This document shows, in pieces, positions 59,699 to 64,000 of a DNA stretch of 64,000 nt. The notes under the pieces are model-generated. The model was not told where the DNA came from, did no database searches, and saw nothing but the letters and a program-made list of their open reading frames with translations. Source of the DNA: Gammaproteobacteria bacterium (GTDB lineage Bacteria > Pseudomonadota > Gammaproteobacteria > Steroidobacterales > JABDLF01); assembly GCA_041565075.1 (NCBI GenBank), contig JBFGOQ010000002.1:16211-80210 (forward strand), in the 5' to 3' direction. Every line of letters begins with the position of its first letter. Positions within the stretch are counted from its first letter, which is position 1. The position numbers and the translations under genes were made by a program.

Positions 59699-61008
59699 GC
59701 GATTCGGCACAAGCGCGTGCCAGATCAGCCCGGGTCGTAGCGGCAGTATTGGGCGGCGAGTCATTGCAGACAGCCCTGGTGCGCAATGTCGCGAAAAACC
59801 ACGCCGCGCAGGTGCAGGCGCTTTGTTACGGCACTTTGCGTTGGCATGTACGCCTCGACGCCCTGCTTACCCTGCTGCTCGATCGACCGTTGAAAAAGCG
59901 CAATTCTCTCCTGCGAGCCTTGCTGTTAGTCGGTCTGCACGAGCTGAACGAAGGCAAGACGCCGGAGCATGCGGTGGTGACAGAAACTGTCAATGCCTGT
60001 CAGCAACTGCGTCAGCGGCATGCCGGTGGTCTCGTCAACGCTGTACTGCGGCGCTTCTTGCGCGAACGGCAAAGTCTCGAGCAGGCCCTTAACGGGCAGG
60101 ACGCTGTCAGTCTGGCCCAGCCCGCCTGGCTGCACGCCGCGCTCGTCAGCGACTGGCCTGATGACTGGCGATCAATTGCCGAGGCCAGCAACGCACATCC
60201 ACCCATGTGGCTGCGGGTCAACAGTCGACTGTCTGGTGTGCCCGACTACGCGCAGCGCCTCGAGCAGGAGTGCGACATCAGGACCAGCACGCATCCGTTT
60301 GCGCAACACGCGCTGTGCCTGGACAGGCCCCTTCCGGCAAATGATTTGCCGGGCTTTGCCGAGGGGCTGGTATCGGTGCAAGATGCCGCCGCGCAGATCG
60401 CCGCGCCGCTCCTGAATGCGCAGGCAGGTGAGCATGTACTGGACGCCTGTGCGGCACCGGGTGGCAAGACTGCCCACATTGCCGAACTGTCGGACTGCAA
60501 GGCCACGGTGGTCGCGCTTGATATCAGCAGCGATCGCCTGATAAAGGTGAGCGAAAGCCTTGCACGTCTGCGGCTCAGTAATGTGAGTGTCATCGAAGGC
60601 GACGCTGGCACTCCGGAGCAATGGTGGGACGGCGCGCCTTTCGACCGCATTCTGCTCGATGCGCCATGTTCGGCGACGGGAGTAATCCGACGGCATCCGG
60701 ACATTCGCATCCTGCGGCGCCCGGGGGACATTCCGGTGCTGGCCGGACAGCAATTACAGATGCTTTCGGCTTTATGGCCACTCCTGAAATCCGGTGGCCA
60801 CCTCGTCTATGCAACCTGCTCGGTGCTGCGCGCGGAAAACGAGCGACCGGTGAGCGCATTCCTGCACGCCACGCGCGGCGCCACGGCAGAGCGCTTGCCG
60901 GCCCTGATGCCCGGACGCCCCGCCGGCGCGGGGCAGCAGATCCTCCCGGGTGAGACAGGCATGGACGGCTTCTATTATGCTTGCCTGAGAAAAGGGGGTA
61001 TTGATTGA
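59695..61008 (+). CDS. rsmB: 16S rRNA (cytosine(967)-C5)-methyltransferase
   Basis: N-terminal NusB-like domain, SAM motif DACAAPGGKT, and catalytic DAPCSATGVIRRHPD / TCS. GTG start overlapping the fmt stop. Confidence 0.93.
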   Translation: MSDSAQARARSARVVAAVLGGESLQTALVRNVAKNHAAQVQALCYGTLRWHVRLDALLTLLLDRPLKKRNSLLRALLLVGLHELNEGKTPEHAVVTETVNACQQLRQRHAGGLVNAVLRRFLRERQSLEQALNGQDAVSLAQPAWLHAALVSDWPDDWRSIAEASNAHPPMWLRVNSRLSGVPDYAQRLEQECDIRTSTHPFAQHALCLDRPLPANDLPGFAEGLVSVQDAAAQIAAPLLNAQAGEHVLDACAAPGGKTAHIAELSDCKATVVALDISSDRLIKVSESLARLRLSNVSVIEGDAGTPEQWWDGAPFDRILLDAPCSATGVIRRHPDIRILRRPGDIPVLAGQQLQMLSALWPLLKSGGHLVYATCSVLRAENERPVSAFLHATRGATAERLPALMPGRPAGAGQQILPGETGMDGFYYACLRKGGID

Positions 61009-61011
61009 TTC

Positions 61012-61611
61012 ATGAGTGGCCTGCTCACATCGATGGCGCGGCGAGTGGCGATCTGTAACCGCTTGATCGTCAGCGTTCTTGTGCTGTTGGCGCTGACTTC
61101 AATCGCCTGGTCGGCGGAGCAAGGCCGTTTTGCCATTCGCACAGTTTTTACCGATGTGCGTGACGGCGTGATATACCTCAATGCAGATGTCGACTACGAA
61201 CTCAGCGAAGTTGCGGTAGAAGCACTCGCCAGCGGGGTTGACCTGACCATCGAACTGCAGATCGAAGTGGTGCGTGATCGGCGCATATGGATCGATCGGG
61301 ATATTGCCAGCCTGCTGCAGCGTTACCAACTTAGCTATCAGCCGCTGAGCCAGCGCTACATAACCAGCAATCTCAATAGCGGCGACCAGCTGTCCTTTGC
61401 TGGTCTTCCCGCCGCCCTGGAACATCTGGGGCGGGTACGTGATCTGCCCGTGCTGGACGACACGCTGCTGAAGCCAGGGAAGCGTTACGAAATTCGCGTG
61501 CGGGCAGTATTGGATACACGAGATTTTGCGGGACCGCTACGGTTGATCACATTTTTGTGGCGCGATTGGCGGCTCGCAAGCGAGTGGTACGAATGGCCAC
61601 TAATAATCTGA
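61012..61611 (+). CDS. DUF4390 domain-containing protein
   Basis: Signal/TM N-terminus and a position between rsmB and an NtrY-like kinase, the usual DUF4390 context. The family call is from context and general pattern only. Confidence 0.55.
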   Translation: MSGLLTSMARRVAICNRLIVSVLVLLALTSIAWSAEQGRFAIRTVFTDVRDGVIYLNADVDYELSEVAVEALASGVDLTIELQIEVVRDRRIWIDRDIASLLQRYQLSYQPLSQRYITSNLNSGDQLSFAGLPAALEHLGRVRDLPVLDDTLLKPGKRYEIRVRAVLDTRDFAGPLRLITFLWRDWRLASEWYEWPLII

Positions 61612-63869
61612 AGCGCTGGCTGACAATTATCATGGCAACGCTGGGCGCGGCGTTGTTATTCATATCATTGGTATTTCTCAGCAAGACCACGCAGAATTCG
61701 GCCGAGTTCGGTCGGCTGCAAACGTCAATACTCTTGTTGAATGCCGCTGGCGTCGCGGTTCTACTTACGCTGATACTCATCAACCTGGTAACCCTGGTCA
61801 GACAGTACCGGCAACACATGCCCGGTGCGCGGCTGACGGCACGCATGGTGACCATGTTTGTCGTGCTGGCCGTCGCGCCGCTCGGGCTGGTTTATTATTT
61901 TTCACTGCAGTTCATTACGCGCGATATCGATTCCTGGTTCGATGTGCAGATCGAGAGCGCGCTGGATGATGCCATGCTGCTGAGTCGCACAGCGCTCGAG
62001 AATCGTACACGTGAACACCTGGATCGCTTACAGAACTCCATGGGGCGGCTGCAAGGTTTGAGCGGGCCGAACCTGGTCGCCGAACTGGAGCGGGTGCGCG
62101 AAACCATGGGCGCCGAAGAAATGACAATTGTCGGCAGCAATAATCGGATCATCGCAACCAGCAGCGCGCTGGAAGCAGCCGGGGTGCCCATGCGACCCAG
62201 TGACGAGATTCGTCTCCAGACACGTCAGGGCTTGCCATATGTGAGTTTCGACCCCATCAGTTCCGGAGGCTTTCAGATTCGGATCGCGCTGAAGCTTGCC
62301 GCCGAAGGTGCGGTGGACGGTGTCGGCCTGTTCGAGAATTTTGGTGCCGAGGGCGGTGCCGATGAAGAGCGCATATTGCTGGCGCAGATTCCGGTCGCAA
62401 GCAATGAAAGCGACCTGGCAGAAGGGGTGCAGTTCGCATACATGCGTTACCGGGAGCTTGCATTTTTGCGCCAGCCGTTAAAGGTGAGTTTTACCCTGAC
62501 CCTCACGCTGGCTCTGCTGCTTGCCTTGCTGACTGCGGTGTCTGGCGCCTTCTACTGGTCGCGACGCCTGGTGGCGCCGATTCAGGATCTGGTGGCGGGT
62601 ACCCGCGCAGTTGCCAAAGGGCATTTCGACACGCAATTGCCGGTACCGCAGCGCGATGAAATCGGGTTCCTGGTGAATTCTTTTAATGAGATGACTCGCC
62701 GCCTGGCGGAGGCTCGCGAAAGCGCAGAGCAGAGTCGTCAGCAGGTCGAGAGCGAACGCGCCAACCTGGCAGTGATCCTGGCGCGGTTATCGACCGGAGT
62801 GGTGGCCTTGGAATCCGACTTGCGACTGCGCGCAGTGAACCAGGCGGCGGGCGCGATACTCGGGCATGAATTTGAAGCGCACATCGGCGATAAGCTGGGA
62901 GATTTCGCCGGGGCAAGCGCGATGACCCAACAGTTCGTTGAATTGTGTCGCGGCCATCTGGACAAGGGGGAAACCGAATGGCGCGAGCAGGTGGTGCTGC
63001 GAGGCGATGTCGGACGACAGGTTCTCATGTGCGCGTGTACGGCTTTACCCGGCGAGGCAGACAAAGCTTCCGGCTACGTTATCGTTTTTGACGATATCAC
63101 TGCGTTGATCCAGGCGCAGCGCGACGCCGCCTGGGGCGAGGTTGCGCGGCGGCTGGCGCACGAAATCAAGAATCCGCTGACACCGATTCAGTTATCTGCA
63201 GAGCGGATGCGCCACCGCTTTATGAAGAAAATGGACAGCGAGGATGCCAGGGTCCTGGAGCGCTCGACCCATACCATCATTCACCAGGTTGAAGCCATGA
63301 AGGACATGGTCAATGCCTTCAGTGAGTATGCCCGGGCACCGAATGTCGACCTGACAATCTTCGACCTCAATCACCTCGTGCATGAAGTGGCGGAGCTGTA
63401 CCGGGTGCAAAGCAGGTCAGTGACTATTGCGCTGGAGCTCGACACGGAAATAACCGTATTGGAGGCTGATCGCGGCCGGGTCCGGCAGATTCTGCATAAC
63501 CTCATCCGCAATTCCATAGACGCACTGGAGGGCCAGGAGCAGGGCCGCATCGAGCTGGCAACCCGGCTGGTCCGGGAACAGGACCTGAAGTTTGTCGATA
63601 TCGTCGTCAGGGACAATGGACCCGGAATTCAAATGGATATCGTCGAGCAGGTCTTCGATCCCTACGTTACCAGCAAGCCCAAGGGCACAGGACTGGGCCT
63701 GGCCATCGTCAAGAAGCTGGTAGAAGAACATGGCGGGCGCATATACGCGAATAACCGGGATACCGGTGGCGCGCGCATCAGCATACGATTACCCATGGAT
63801 GAAGACTCTCGAACTGCAATGCTGTCACGGGCCGCGCAACCGCGCGAGAACAGGAGAGAACACGCATGA
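61593..63869 (+). CDS. NtrY-like sensor histidine kinase (TM-HAMP-PAS-HisKA-HATPase)
   Basis: N-terminal TM helices, HAMP (IGFLVNSFNEMTRRL), PAS, H-box LAHEIKNPLTPIQLSAERM, N/G boxes (DNGPGI, GTGLGLAIVKK). The start is set at the ATG at 61593. Confidence 0.85.
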   Translation: MATNNLKRWLTIIMATLGAALLFISLVFLSKTTQNSAEFGRLQTSILLLNAAGVAVLLTLILINLVTLVRQYRQHMPGARLTARMVTMFVVLAVAPLGLVYYFSLQFITRDIDSWFDVQIESALDDAMLLSRTALENRTREHLDRLQNSMGRLQGLSGPNLVAELERVRETMGAEEMTIVGSNNRIIATSSALEAAGVPMRPSDEIRLQTRQGLPYVSFDPISSGGFQIRIALKLAAEGAVDGVGLFENFGAEGGADEERILLAQIPVASNESDLAEGVQFAYMRYRELAFLRQPLKVSFTLTLTLALLLALLTAVSGAFYWSRRLVAPIQDLVAGTRAVAKGHFDTQLPVPQRDEIGFLVNSFNEMTRRLAEARESAEQSRQQVESERANLAVILARLSTGVVALESDLRLRAVNQAAGAILGHEFEAHIGDKLGDFAGASAMTQQFVELCRGHLDKGETEWREQVVLRGDVGRQVLMCACTALPGEADKASGYVIVFDDITALIQAQRDAAWGEVARRLAHEIKNPLTPIQLSAERMRHRFMKKMDSEDARVLERSTHTIIHQVEAMKDMVNAFSEYARAPNVDLTIFDLNHLVHEVAELYRVQSRSVTIALELDTEITVLEADRGRVRQILHNLIRNSIDALEGQEQGRIELATRLVREQDLKFVDIVVRDNGPGIQMDIVEQVFDPYVTSKPKGTGLGLAIVKKLVEEHGGRIYANNRDTGGARISIRLPMDEDSRTAMLSRAAQPRENRREHA

Positions 63870-64000
63870 GCTCCCCGCAGATTCTCGTCGTCGATGACGA
63901 ATCCGATATCCGTTCGCTGCTTCAGGAAATCCTGAACGACGAGGGTTACAAAGTTAAGGTGGCAGCAGATGCTGCCGAAGCCCGCAAGGCCAGCAACAGC
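63866..64000 (+). CDS. Response regulator receiver domain (NtrX-like); the 3' end lies outside the window
   Basis: MSSPQILVVDDESDIRSLLQEILNDEGY. ATG overlaps the kinase stop (ATGA). Truncated by the window edge. Confidence 0.8.
   Translation, partial: MSSPQILVVDDESDIRSLLQEILNDEGYKVKVAADAAEARKASNS

Overview
The window reads as the chromosomal replication-origin neighbourhood of a GC-rich gammaproteobacterium. Gene order resembles Pseudomonas/Cellvibrionales-type genomes. The core block is mnmG, mnmE, yidC-yidD-rnpA-rpmH on the minus strand, diverging from dnaA-dnaN-recF-gyrB on the plus strand, followed by plsC-gmhB-glyS-glyQ. Further right are glnA, secB-grxC-rhodanese, gpmI-envC-ctpA-yibQ, hemF-tsaC-topA, smg-dprA-LysM protein, def-fmt-rsmB, and a DUF4390/NtrY/NtrX-like module. 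The left end carries a five-gene Opp/Dpp-type peptide ABC operon that abuts mnmG. It also carries a secreted S33 hydrolase coupled to a NatAB-like ABC-2 exporter, a divergent HD-GYP/GGDEF pair, and hemN. Almost every base is coding, and I call about 65 CDS. Many long ORFs in the supplied track are antisense or N-terminally over-extended artefacts typical of high-GC DNA, and I trimmed starts where homology and start-codon context allowed. I recovered rpmH (44 aa), which falls below the ORF-track length cutoff. I saw no rRNA, tRNA, CRISPR array, transposase, integrase or obvious defence or mobile island, and I could not identify a clear-cut novel multi-gene system. The observations most worth a second look are: (1) an NtrC-derived regulator beside glnA that lacks the receiver domain and the GAFTGA loop, with no ntrB at the locus, although glnA appears to keep an NtrC/sigma-54-type promoter; (2) a perfect TGTGA-N6-TCACA site between the divergent c-di-GMP genes; (3) DnaA boxes plus a sharply AT-rich island in the dnaA-dnaN spacer, a candidate oriC; (4) rnpA, whose conserved N-terminal segment lies upstream of the only canonical start codon; (5) a TTTCACGTGAAACAC palindrome present both in the dnaN-recF spacer and inside recF. 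All functional calls come from motif and family recognition by eye. No database search was run.
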